DNA of 64,000 bases, taken from Tubulanus polymorphus. Lineage: Eukaryota; Animalia; Nemertea. The stretch covers positions 15,004,110 through 15,068,109 of the forward strand of contig NC_134030.1 in NCBI RefSeq assembly GCF_964204645.1, written 5' to 3'. The notes beneath the pieces are model-generated. The model worked only from the letters and a program-made list of their open reading frames with translations. It was not told the DNA's origin and searched no databases. Both the position numbers and the translations under genes were made by a program. This document shows positions 26,033 through 37,799 of this stretch, piece by piece. Every line of letters starts with the position of its first letter. Positions within the stretch are counted from its first letter, which is position 1.

Positions 26033-26390
26033 TGTAGACTCCAAACACGAAAATTTACGAAGTCGCAGATCTCTCAATGTCAAACTGACGTCTTACATTT
26101 ATTATCATCATTACCATCGAAGCCGTTTCTAAACAAGAAACAACAACTAAATTAACACACAAATATTATAATAATAACAAGAAATTCGGCTAATAACAAA
26201 TAACTTACAGAACATTTGAGAGTATTAAATCATGTAGCAGCCACAACGTCAGTACACACAAATATAAAAATTCAATACCCACAGATCACCAGATCACCAT
26301 ACAATTTCACACATGAGTAACTTACACACTAGGTTGAGCATGAGCAGTAGAACTGCCAGAAATATGACCATAATACAAACATAAACTACA
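26033..26390 (-). repeat. 5' LTR (358 bp)
   Basis: TG...CA ends; followed on the minus strand by TTGG (PBS position). Confidence 0.97.
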
Positions 26391-27572
26391 GATGGAAAAT
26401 ATATTTCATGTGTATACAATTAATTTCAAAAATTTAAATGAGGCAAAACAATGGTTATTAAAATCTAATATGAAGTATTGGCAGAACCAATTAAATTTTG
26501 CTGTTTATTGTGCAACAACAGGTTGTGGAATTAGTTAGAATGATCATTTAAACAAACCAAGTTTACCATTGATGTTATCACTTTTTAGATTTCATACTTA
26601 TTTTCAAATAAAATTAATATTAGATGAATTAGAATGTCCTTTACCAGGTTCAAAATATTTTAAAGAATTGAATAATAATATTAATTTTTCTAAGTTTTAT
26701 AAAATATGTAATGAATTTAATATCAATTCAAATAAAGATTTTAGAGCAAAAATTGGAACAAAGGGTGGATTAGGAAAATTGTATACTAAAGAATTTGGAA
26801 AAATAATGACAAATTCAGATATAAGAACACTAAATTGGAATGAATTACCAAAATATTATAATAATATACAACAACAAAACAATAATGGTTGGATTAATTT
26901 TATTTCAGAAAATAGTGAAGGTTTTACTAAAGCTGGAATACAAAGAATAAATCAATCTATTAGAACTTATTTGATATGTATTTTAGGTGCGCAAGTTGAA
27001 ACAAGATCCCCAATAATTGGAAATGATAACACTTCATTCGATGCACAGAAACAATTCAAAGTATTATTTGAAGATTCAATTCATAATGATAAAAATAGGC
27101 CGATTCCGGAAAACATTGTAAGATATCAAAATTATTTAGATAAATCACATATTAGATTAAATTATTGTATAGGCCCTAATCTATTAATCATTTCTAATGA
27201 TTTAGTATTAAAGATGGGAAACATAATTGGTTATAATAATCTAATTAAAACTGCAACAATAAATAATTCATTCGGATTAAATGTTATAAATAAAAAGGTT
27301 ATTACTGCTCCAAAATTAATGGAAGGTGAAAAAAATAAAAAAACATATTCAATCAACAGAAACTAAAACTAATAATATTAAATTAAATAATGATTCTAAA
27401 ATAAAAGATTACAATACATCAGAAGATATTAAAACTGATATTATTCAACATGATATAATTAAACTAAATGATGATAATAAATCCCATGAAAATACTAAAT
27501 TAGCTTTAACTTGTGTAGGAATTGTAATCGGAGGAATATTATATTTTAAAATTTAATTTTTTTATTATATAA

Positions 27573-28981
27573 ATGGATGTAGAAGGTGGAGAAGGTTTTC
27601 CATTGGATCCTTTAGATGAACCTGGTATAAGTGATGAACAACAACCTGATTTTAGTGAAACAAGTTTTAATGACGGTAATGAGCCAGGACGTAATTCTAA
27701 TTTAAATACACCTGCATATATTGATAAAACACGTTCAAAGATAAGTATTGAAAATGAAGTACCAGAAATAACAGAAAAAGAATACAAATATAATGAAATT
27801 ATTCATGAATTTAAACCGATGTTAAAAAGATCTGGTTTCAATATAACAAATAAAGGTATGAATTATTTAGTAAAAGATTTTGAAATATTTTAATGGTGAT
27901 TATTATTGGAAATTGAAAGGCGACTATTATTTTAAGATTTCAAATCTTAAAAGTAACGATAAAATAATAACACAATCAACTTTTAATTTATTTAAACCAG
28001 ATAGAATTAAGAAAATCATGATGTTATAACTGATGTTACAGAAAAAGAGATAATTGATAATAGAAGAGAATTTAAACAAAGAAATGCTAAATTTTTTAAG
28101 ATAATTAATGAAAATTTAAGACAAAAGAAAATTCCTAAAGAAGTTATTAATTCCAAAACTAGTAAACATAATTCAAGAGAAGTTCAAACTGAAAAACTTT
28201 TACCGAATGCATTACTTGATGCAACAGATCAAGAATTAGAAGATTTAAATATATTTTCTGATGAAGCAATTAGAGAAATTATTAGTATAAGAAATGAAGC
28301 TGATAAAATTGCACATAATAAAAGTATAAGAGATATTAAAATTAACAATTTAGAAAAAGAATTAACTGATAAAAATAAAGAAATAGAACAATTAAAGTCT
28401 GATTTAGATCGTCAAGTAATTGATGAAATAGAATATAGGCAAAAAGAATCACGTTTAGAAAAAGAAAAAGATGATTTAGAATATAACAAGAAGAAATCAA
28501 ATTATTATTAAAATCATATGATTATAATATTAATAGATTAAAAGTTGTTTTTAAAGAGTTAATACTAAAACCAAATTCTGACATATCACTAAAAGATAGA
28601 ATAAGATTATTATTTAAGTTAGAAGGAATAACAATTCTTTCAATTCTAACAGCTGTAACTATGTTATTTACAACAATTGGTTTAGCAATATCAAATGCTT
28701 TAAAATCTACTCCTACTCCCAATAAACCAGATAAACCCCCAGATAATAATTCTATACAAGATAAAGTTAAGGATGGTTTAAAGAAATTAGCAAAATATTT
28801 ATGGGAACTATCAAAGAAATCTGCTGCAGCATTGCCAGGAATTATTGCATCAATTGTCGGTTTTATATTAAAATCTGCAGGGAATATTATTACTTTTGCT
28901 GCTGAACATATTATTTTATTTTTAATTACAGTTGTAAGTGCTATTATTTTTTGGTTAGTGAACAAGATAAAAAATAAATAA
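27573..28981 (+). pseudogene. Acidic/coiled-coil membrane protein (MDVEGG family), disrupted
   Basis: Conserved C-terminal region; N-terminal region specific to this copy. Confidence 0.8.
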
Positions 28982-29001
28982 TTAATTTTTTTGTTAAATA
29001 A

Positions 29002-30247
29002 ATGAGTGGGAGTTATATCAATCCTTCTAAGAATCATAGAATATCTAATGCTATTAAAGCAGAAAGATCACATCATATAATTACTCATAACCCTTCTAAT
29101 ATTAATCCCGATGAAACTTTATACGTTAGAATTCCGAGATTAACACAAAATACTTTTTACGTTCCAAATAGTATTTATTTATCTGCCGATATAAAAGTAA
29201 TCGGTAATAATAATAATTATGTTGTTGATAATGTTGGAAGATATTCGATTAAAAAATTAACTATAAAGATTGGTCCAGAAACAGTTTTCTCATTAGATGA
29301 TTATAATTTATTTATGCATTATAAAGATTTATGGTTAACTAAAGAAAATAGAAATAATATGATATTTCAAGGCATCCAATCAGAAAACCAAAATAAATTA
29401 AGATCGGAGCTAATGACGCAATAGTAACTCGTACCGCAGATAATTTGATAAAAAAGATTTATGGAAGCAAATATAAAATTCCATTAGACTTTGAATTGAT
29501 AAATAATAATGCGCCTTTATATAAATATGCAATTCAAGAAGACGTTATATTCGAAATAACATTTGCTCCTGTTAATGAAATCGTAATATCTAGCGTTGTT
29601 AAAGATATGAGTTATAAATTATCGAATATATGTTTAGAATATGACACAGTAACTGATGAAAATATTTCAAGTATAATTCAAACTAAATACAATCAAGGAT
29701 TTTCATTATTATATGATTATATTGATAAATTTAAAACCGTAACTATTAATGCAAATGATGAAATCATTAATGAGAATATTAACTTCCCAAGGAGATCTAT
29801 TAAAGGCATATTAATATTTTTTACCATTGCAACATATTCTAATGGTGCAATACAGGTTGATAAGTATTATAATCCTGAAATAACAAAAGTAGATATAACT
29901 ATCGAAGGAATAGCAAATAAAATATTTTGTCAAGGAATGAGAATGATTGATCAATGGCCAGAAATTAGAAAACATTTTATGAATGAAAAAGTAAAATCAT
30001 CTGAAATTGTAACATTAATCAAATTGATTATTATACCAGCAATAAATATGCATTATGGTTAGATTTTAGAACAACAGAGGATAATTCATTACATGGTTCT
30101 GGAAAAAAACTACAAAACACTAAAGATGGAATACAATTATTCATGACAAAGAATAAAGGAATCAAAAACTTTAAAATGCACATTTATATTATATCTGACG
30201 CGCAATTAAATATTGTAAATTCTCAATTAAATAGTGTTATGTATTAA
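29002..30247 (+). pseudogene. Major capsid protein, copy B, frameshifted
   Basis: Homologous to 11980..13242. Confidence 0.78.
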
Positions 30248-30279
30248 AATTTTAACTTTAATAAAAATATATATAATAA

Positions 30280-30720
30280 ATGGAAGGAGGTAAAGTATAT
30301 AAACATATTCCATACATCGATACACGTGAAAATAATGATGGTTTATATTATGTAATACCTTGTAATATAGCTTTGATATTTGATCCTATTTTCAAAATTT
30401 ATAAAACTAAACTAATAGAAATAGATAATAATAAAAGTGAAGTTGTTGATAATTTAAGTAATGTAATTGATAATAATGTAATACCTTCTACATCTAATAA
30501 TGTAATACCTTCTACATCTAATAATGTAATACCCTCTACATCTAATAATGTAATACCTACTACATCTAATAATGTAATACCCTCTACATCTAATAATTTA
30601 ATACCCTCTACATCTAATAATGCAATAATATTAAATGTTAGTGAAAATAGAAATTATTGTGATTATTGTAAAGGTGAATTTTCAAACGCTCCATCAAATT
30701 GGAATAATCATATGAATACA
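30280..30720 (+). pseudogene. MEGGK protein 5' part (Pro/Ser/Thr repeats + zinc finger), interrupted by copy C
   Basis: Homologous to 42158..43114; the TIR starts at 30721. Confidence 0.8.
30472..30620 (+). repeat. Coding 24-bp tandem repeat x6 (NNVIPSTS)
   Basis: AATAATGTAATACCTTCTACATCT units. Confidence 0.9.
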
Positions 30721-31292
30721 AGTAATAGGGGTTTAGTTGTTTCAGATCAAAGGTCGAACGGTCGAGCCCATTAAAAAACAAATATTAAAAGTAATTAAAA
30801 AACTATAATATATTTTCATAACCGCGTGCATTTTATATCAAAACTAAATATTTATTATAAGATATCAATAATATAAAAAGCATATTGTATTAAATCAATT
30901 GGTCCGCTTCGCTACCGCTCCGCTCCACGACCAATTGATTTAATTACAATACACAAATTTAAATAATCAAATATATTCAAATGATAATAATTATTCTATT
31001 ATTCAACCGAAATGCACGCGGTTATGAAAATATATTATAGTTTTTTAATTACTTTTAATATTTGTTATTAATGAACTCGATCATTAAACCTTTAACCCGA
31101 AACAACTAAACCCCTATTACTCTTAAAATATTCACATATATATGAATAACATTTAAATCATTGAACTTCTAAAATCAATTTTAATAAAAAATATAGTATT
31201 AAAATGGAAGCAAATAAATACTACTGCCCAACATGTAATATCGATATAGACAAGTCTCAAAAAGCAAGACACAATAAAACTATAACACATTT
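30721..31292 (+). repeat. Left TIR of copy C with terminal fold-back 30721-31121; includes the first ~29 codons of polB
   Basis: Reverse complement of 48542-49089. Confidence 0.95.
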
Positions 31293-34200
31293 AGAGAATA
31301 AATTGAAACTAGAATATAAGGATGATATATTAGAAACTAAATTAGAAGAATTAAAGAATGAAAAAGAAACATATAAATGTGATACATGTAATCAATCATT
31401 CAGTGATAAAAGATATTATAAAGAACATTTAAAATCTATAAGTCATATTGGAAATAAGAATAATGATATTTTAGGTGAAGATTATTTTGATAATGATAAC
31501 GATAAGAAACAGAAGACAATTAAAAGAATAAAAAATAAATTAAACAATAAAAGACCATATATGGAAGATGTAAGAAATTATATTAATTCATTAGATAATA
31601 AAAAAGATATAGAGATAACCGAAGCATTTAAAAGTGATATTGGTCCAGCAGCTATTGAGTTTAAATTTCATAAAAGTAAAACAATAGAAGAAAATAAAAA
31701 ACATTTAGAAAATATGAAAGAAATAATAAAAATAATTACAGATGTTGAATATCCTAAAATAAGTATATCAGTTAAAGTAAAGTTTATAAAATCTGAAGAT
31801 AAACCAATATATAATATAAATTCTCATTCACAACATATTATATCTAAACAACATATAGATGATAAATTAAATAAATGTTATAATGAAATAAAAACTAAAA
31901 TAGAAGAGAAATATTTTGAAGGATCTGGTTTAATATTTGATGAGATAATATTTATAACTTTACATGTTTATAACACAAAATATAATAAGTTAACTAAATC
32001 AAAACCAATTGATGAAAATAATTTATCATATTATAAAGAACCCGATATTGAAGCATCAAGTTATATTAAACTACCATTTAAAACTAATGCTGTAATAAAT
32101 ATACAAAATGAAGATGATAAATGTTTTCTATGGGCTATAATAAGTTGTTTACATCCTGCAACTTATAATATTTGTAGATTAACTCATTATAAACCATTTG
32201 AAAATAATTATAAGATAGATAAGTATCCTGTTAGAATTAAAAACATCCCCAAAATAGAAAGAGATAATAATATAAAGATAAATATATTTGATTTAATCAA
32301 ATTACCAAATACAAAAGGTAACAACATAAAACATTATACATTAGAACCTTTATACCTATCAAAAGATTATGATTCAAATGATGTTATAGATATACTATAT
32401 TATGAGAATCATTATATGTGGATTAAAAGAATTGATTTATTTTTTAAATCAGAAAATGATTTTGATAATAAAATATATCTATGTAGAAAATGTTTACATA
32501 AATTCAGAACTGAAGGTGCATTATTAAATCATAAACAATTATGTGATAATCATGATTATTGTAAATTAGTTTTACCAAATAAAAAAGATAAAATATTAGA
32601 ATTCAAAAAATATGATTACAAAAATAAAGTACCATTTGTAATATATGGAGATTTTGAATCATTAAATAAAGAATTAACAGATAAAGATAGAAAAGATATA
32701 TATTATAAAAGAAAGAAATTAAATTCTAATGAAAATGATTTTTCAGATGAACCACCAATAACAAATACTATTAAAAAGATTCATCAATCAGCTGCAGCTT
32801 TCGGGTTATATATTAAATCTGATTATCCAGAACTAATTGAAAGTGAATATTATCATTACAGAAATGAAAATGTTATCAATCATTTTTGTGACTTATTAAT
32901 TGAATATGAAATAAAATTTAATGAAAAGTTAAATAAGAATATAGAAATAATTATGACAGAAGAAGATAAAGAAGTATTTGAGTTTGCAGATAAATGTTAT
33001 TATTGTGAAAAGATATTTAATTATAAAGATAAAAAAGTAAGAGACCATGATCATTTGAATGGAAAGTTTAGAGGCGCTGCACATGAGAATTGTAACTTAC
33101 AAGCTAAGAAAATTAATTTTGTACCAGTTATATTTTATAATCTATCAGGATATGATGCACATTTATTTATATAACAGCTATGTCATAAAATAGAAGAAAT
33201 CAATAATGAAATAGAAATATTAAATTCAAATAGATCAAAAGATAAAATACCAACTTATAAATTTAAAATGTTAGCTAAAACATCTGAGAATTATATATCA
33301 TTCCAATTTGGTTGTCTAATATTTATAGATTCATATAGATTTTTAAATAGTTCATTAGATAACTTATCAAAATCATTAGTTGATGATGAATTAAAAATAT
33401 TAAAAGAATATTACCCAAATTATGATGATTTTAAATTAATGAGATATAAAGGAGCAATTCCATATTCTTTCTATAAAAATCATAATGATTTTAACATAAC
33501 TGAATTATTGAAAGAACAATTCTATGATGAATTAAAAAATGAATATGTTAAAGATGAAGTTTATAATAGAACATTGAATATTTGGAATCATTTCAAAATA
33601 GAAAATCATGGGCAATTAGTAGATTTATATTTAAAATCAGATGTATTATTATTAACCGATATATTCGAAAGGTTTAGAGATGTAAACCTAAAATATTTTA
33701 ATATTGATCCATGTCATTGTTATTCATCACCAGGATTAACATGGGATTGTGGATTAAAATTTACAGATATAAAAATGGATTTGTTAACAAATATAGATCA
33801 ATTACTTTTATTTGAAAAATCTATAAGAGGAGGTGTTTCAGGTGTATTGGGTGATAGATATTTCAATGTAAATGATAATCCTGGATAAATTATTATACAT
33901 AGATGCAAATATCCTTTATGGTTGGGCAATGATGGAACCACAACCTTATGGGATGTTTGAAATAACTGAAGTTTTACAAATTGATAGATTTGATTGGAAG
34001 AAAAGAATCCTAGATATTGCAGATGATTCAGATATTGGTTACTTCTTTGTTGTAGATTTAGAATACCCTGAAAATATTAAATTAAAATCTAGAAATCTAG
34101 CATATTGTCCCGAACATAAAATTGTTAAACATGAAGAATTATCAAATTATCAAAAAAGAATTAAACCCGATAATCATATTCATACTGAAAAGTTAATGGT

Positions 34201-35227
34201 AACTCAAGAAGATAAATATAATTACGTTGTGCATTATAGAATGTTAAAATTCTATTTGAATCAAGGAATGATATTAAAAAAAGTACATAGATATATTTCA
34301 TTTAATCAATCTAAGTGGTTAGAAAAATATATAGATTTTAATACTACACAGAGAACTGAAGCTAAAACTGATTTTGAGAAGGATTACTTTAAACTAATGA
34401 ATAATGCGTTCTATGGAAAAACATGTGAAAACATAAGAAATAGAAGTGATATTGAGTTAGTTAGTAATGGTAAAAGAATTAGACATTTACAATCGTATCC
34501 GAAATTCATAGGTAACAGAATATTTGATGAAAATTTAGCAGCAGTTAAAATGAGAAGAACAAGTATGAAATTTAATAAACCAATTTATGTTGGTGCATCG
34601 GTTCTAGAAATTTCAAAATTATTAATGTATCAATTTTACTATAACATATTACAACCCCATTTTGGAGAAAAAAATATAGAAATGTTATATCTAGATACTG
34701 ACAGTTATATATTAAAGATAAAAAGTGATAATATAAAAGATGATTTAAAAATATTAAATCACCATTTTGATTTTAGTAACTATCCAAAAAATCATGAACT
34801 ATTTAGCAATGATAATAAAAAAGTTCCTGGTAAGTTTAAGGATGAATTAGGTGGTGAAGAAATGATAGAGTTCATAGGTATTAGATCTAAAATGTATAGT
34901 TATAAAACTAAAGAACATGAAGCTAAAAAGTTAAAAGGAATTACCAAAAGCGTTGTTGAAAAGAATATTCATTTCAAAGATTACATCAATTGTATATTTA
35001 ATGAAGAAGTTAGAAAACATAAAATGAAATGTTTAAGATCTGAAGATCATGAAATGTATATTGAAGAGATAGAGAAGATAAGTCTAAACCCATTTGATGA
35101 TAAAAGATATATTTTAGATGATGGAATCCACACAGTCGCCTATGGTTGCAATTTAGATGAATATATAAAATTCAAAAGAGAAGAAACAAAAGAAAATGAA
35201 ATTATGAAAAGGATTCTAACGTGTTAA
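31204..35227 (+). pseudogene. polB: Protein-primed DNA polymerase B (~1340 aa), copy C; one in-frame stop (33172) and one frameshift (~33885)
   Basis: N-terminal C2H2-like fingers, CFLWAI...HYMWIK, exonuclease with a CxxC..DHDH..GAAH..CN insert, YIDAN.LYG, KLMNNAFYGK, YLDTDS. Confidence 0.96.
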
Positions 35228-35255
35228 TAAATTTCAATAAAAATTTGTATAATAA

Positions 35256-35597
35256 ATGGAGAGTAAACAAGTACACAATGAATTCTTAGATAGAATTAAA
35301 GATACCACAAATGTAAAATCTGTAGATTATAAATTCAAAAAGTTAACAGAATTAACAATTCACAAGAAATATTTAATTACTAACATTGAAACAGTTACTA
35401 ACAAATATGGAGATAAATTAGTAATTCATTTAGAATATGAAGGATTAAAAGGAAATAAATATAAATTCAGAACTTATTTACCAGATAGATTTCATAGATT
35501 ATCAAGTGAAGATCTAGAAGAATTATGTTCTGGAGATTTCTATTTCGTATATAAAGGTAAGAATGAAAAAGGGCACCATGAAATAGATTTCGAATAA
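35256..35597 (+). CDS. 113-aa conserved protein next to polB (possible OB-fold DNA-binding protein)
   Basis: Intact; FKKLTEL...KYGDKLVIHL...YLPDRF beta-strand pattern. Confidence 0.75.
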   Translation: MESKQVHNEFLDRIKDTTNVKSVDYKFKKLTELTIHKKYLITNIETVTNKYGDKLVIHLEYEGLKGNKYKFRTYLPDRFHRLSSEDLEELCSGDFYFVYKGKNEKGHHEIDFE

Positions 35598-35614
35598 GAA
35601 AATACGTAAAATAA

Positions 35615-36373
35615 ATGGCGGAATTAAAAGAATACAGAATATTTGTTGATTCTAGAAGACTTACAAATTATAAATCACATAATTTACTAGTACAATTAGA
35701 TAGAGAATTCAAGAATTGTGTAGATTTAAAATTAGTAAATATAAGTTTATGTAATTCTTTTTACAATGTATCGGATAAGTCTATTGAACATAGAGTCTTT
35801 TTAATTTATGATAGAAATAAAAGTAAATGGTTTCATCTTTATCTTAAACCAGGATTATATAATTTAGAAACATTAGCTCAAGAAATTAATAGAAGAGCTC
35901 GGTTGAAAATGGGTGCATCTGCTGGATTTGGATTAAGACTGATTAAAAGTGATAGTTCTGATAAAATAAGAATAAAATTAGGTAATGAAGATCAACATCA
36001 ATTTCTAGTTAAAAAACCCTTAGCTAAAATTTTAGGAATAACCCCAGATGTAAGGATACGCAATGCTGATGCTACACCAAATATAATGCCATTTACACAT
36101 TTTTATATTTATTGCAATTTAATCGATCCTACAAAAACATTCGAAGCAACTAAAGATATAACTTGTAATTCTGGTTTACTAAACATTTTACCATTGAAGA
36201 ATGTTAAAGAATTTGGAACGCAAATAAATTATAATTTAACAGAATGTGATTTCAAACCATGCATTCCTCGTTTTAATAATTTTAGATTAGAAATTAGAAA
36301 TCATAATGGATACTTAATTGATTTAAATAATTTCCCTGTAATTTATGAATTAGTTATAAGATGTAAAGAGTAA
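35615..36373 (+). CDS. Minor capsid (penton-like, single jelly-roll) protein
   Basis: Typical pattern IFVDSR / NSFYN / PGLYNLETL / YIYCNLI / LEIRNHNGYLIDLN..VIYELVI. Confidence 0.82.
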   Translation: MAELKEYRIFVDSRRLTNYKSHNLLVQLDREFKNCVDLKLVNISLCNSFYNVSDKSIEHRVFLIYDRNKSKWFHLYLKPGLYNLETLAQEINRRARLKMGASAGFGLRLIKSDSSDKIRIKLGNEDQHQFLVKKPLAKILGITPDVRIRNADATPNIMPFTHFYIYCNLIDPTKTFEATKDITCNSGLLNILPLKNVKEFGTQINYNLTECDFKPCIPRFNNFRLEIRNHNGYLIDLNNFPVIYELVIRCKE

Positions 36374-36389
36374 TTTTTTCATTATATAA

Positions 36390-36660
36390 ATGAATATAAC
36401 TGTTGGACCGAGTATATGTTTTGGGTTTGATTTTAAACATGGTAAAGAAATGAGAAAATTATAATATAGAAAAAGTAATTGATTTAATTAAATCACCTTT
36501 AGAATATTATGAATTAAATGAAGATGGAATTATTGATGATATTAAAAACATATTATCCAAAATATATGATAATCATAAAACTAGTAATGAAATAAATGTT
36601 GAAATAATCATAAATAAGATAACTAAATATTTTGATGATAGTAATTTTTTTGATAAATAA
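36390..36660 (+). pseudogene. MNITVG protein with internal deletion
   Basis: Homologous to 7800..8141. Confidence 0.7.
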
Positions 36661-36882
36661 ATGAGTGATAATAAGTGGATAATAACTGGATTATATAATG
36701 GCGCATTACTATCAGTTGGAACTGTTGGTTATTCAATGGTATTAAAAAAAGTATTCAAAATGGGAAGTGTTAATGTTGATAGATTTGATATAAATGATAT
36801 TTTAAAGTTAACGTTAGCAGTTACTTTATCTAATTTAACTATTGATTATTTGGAAAAACAAAAATATATTCCTCCCATATAA
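36661..36882 (+). CDS. 73-aa hydrophobic/membrane protein
   Basis: Two hydrophobic segments; conserved between copies. Confidence 0.8.
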   Translation: MSDNKWIITGLYNGALLSVGTVGYSMVLKKVFKMGSVNVDRFDINDILKLTLAVTLSNLTIDYLEKQKYIPPI

Positions 36883-36906
36883 ATGTATAATTTTTTTGCT
36901 AAATAA

Positions 36907-37329
36907 ATGGCTTCTGCAATTATAACTATTATAGGATCGGCAATTGTTAACGCTTTAGCATTTACTGGTGGTGGTTATTTATTTAAACATATTGATAAAA
37001 ATAGTTCATTAGGAGAACAAAGAAGACATAACTTAGCGTTAGAGAAATACAATAAAGCTGCAGAAGAATATAGAGAAAAAAGACAAAACTATATGGATTA
37101 CATCAATAAAGAATTATATGATCAGAAGATTTCACATAGAGATTTTCAATCAGTTGATGATGCAATGAGTTTATATAACGCAGTAACAAATAAAGAAAAA
37201 TTACATCTATACAAACCTAAATTATCAGATTATTATACCCCAAGTAAAGAACAACAGAAATATGAAATAATTTGGATTTTAGGTGGAACAGTTATTGTTA
37301 TATTTGTTGCTTATAAGTTTACTAATTAG
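36907..37329 (+). CDS. 140-aa predicted membrane protein
   Basis: Hydrophobic N-terminus and C-terminal TM IIWILGGTVIVIFVAY. Confidence 0.85.
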   Translation: MASAIITIIGSAIVNALAFTGGGYLFKHIDKNSSLGEQRRHNLALEKYNKAAEEYREKRQNYMDYINKELYDQKISHRDFQSVDDAMSLYNAVTNKEKLHLYKPKLSDYYTPSKEQQKYEIIWILGGTVIVIFVAYKFTN

Positions 37330-37348
37330 TAATTTTTTTTCTAAATAA

Positions 37349-37783
37349 ATGGAAGATAAAGTTGATAGTATTGATATTATTCCTCATGATATAAATAAAA
37401 CTAAATTAAAAACATATTTAGAAAAACAAATATTAGAATTTGAAAGTGACTTAAAGATAAAAAAGAAAAAATATTTAAAAAGTTAAATTATATATTATTT
37501 GATTATAAGTGGTTCGGTTACAATTAGTTCTGTAATAACATTTCTAGCAATATTCAGTCCATTAACGCCTTTAGCTATATCAATTGGTGTGTTAGGATTA
37601 AGTTCAAGTGTTTTAACTGGTATAAGTTCAAAATTAAATATAAAAAGTAATAAAGAAAAAATCAAAACTAATATAAAAGAAATTAATAAATTAAAGAACA
37701 CACTAGATTATATAATAAGTTTAAATGGTCATATAACAGTTGAAGAACAAGATAAATTATTAAAAGAATTAATAAATTATTAA
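37349..37783 (+). pseudogene. Two-TM membrane protein (MEDKVD), frameshift near 37484
   Basis: TAAATG start; 3' part is track ORF 37499..37783. Confidence 0.72.
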
Positions 37784-37799
37784 TTTTTTAATTATATAA

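Larger units (their letters stand above)
20071..26390 (-). mobile_element. Full-length BEL/Pao LTR retrotransposon
   Basis: TG...CA LTRs 20071-20435 and 26033-26390; 5-bp TSD GATGG (20066-20070, 26391-26395); PR-RT-RH-IN order; YVDD catalytic motif; purine tract GGCCGGGAA next to the 3' LTR. Confidence 0.97.
19905..27556 (+). pseudogene. MGFPK-family gene of copy B (starts MAECFPK), split by the BEL/Pao insertion
   Basis: Removing 20071-26390 and one TSD restores ...GTAAAGATGGAAAATATATTT (VKMENIF). Confidence 0.85.

Noticed and set aside
31170-31190. Mimivirus early promoter AAAATTGA on the minus strand upstream of polB
   Set aside because: Expected by chance in DNA this AT-rich, and imperfect in copy A.
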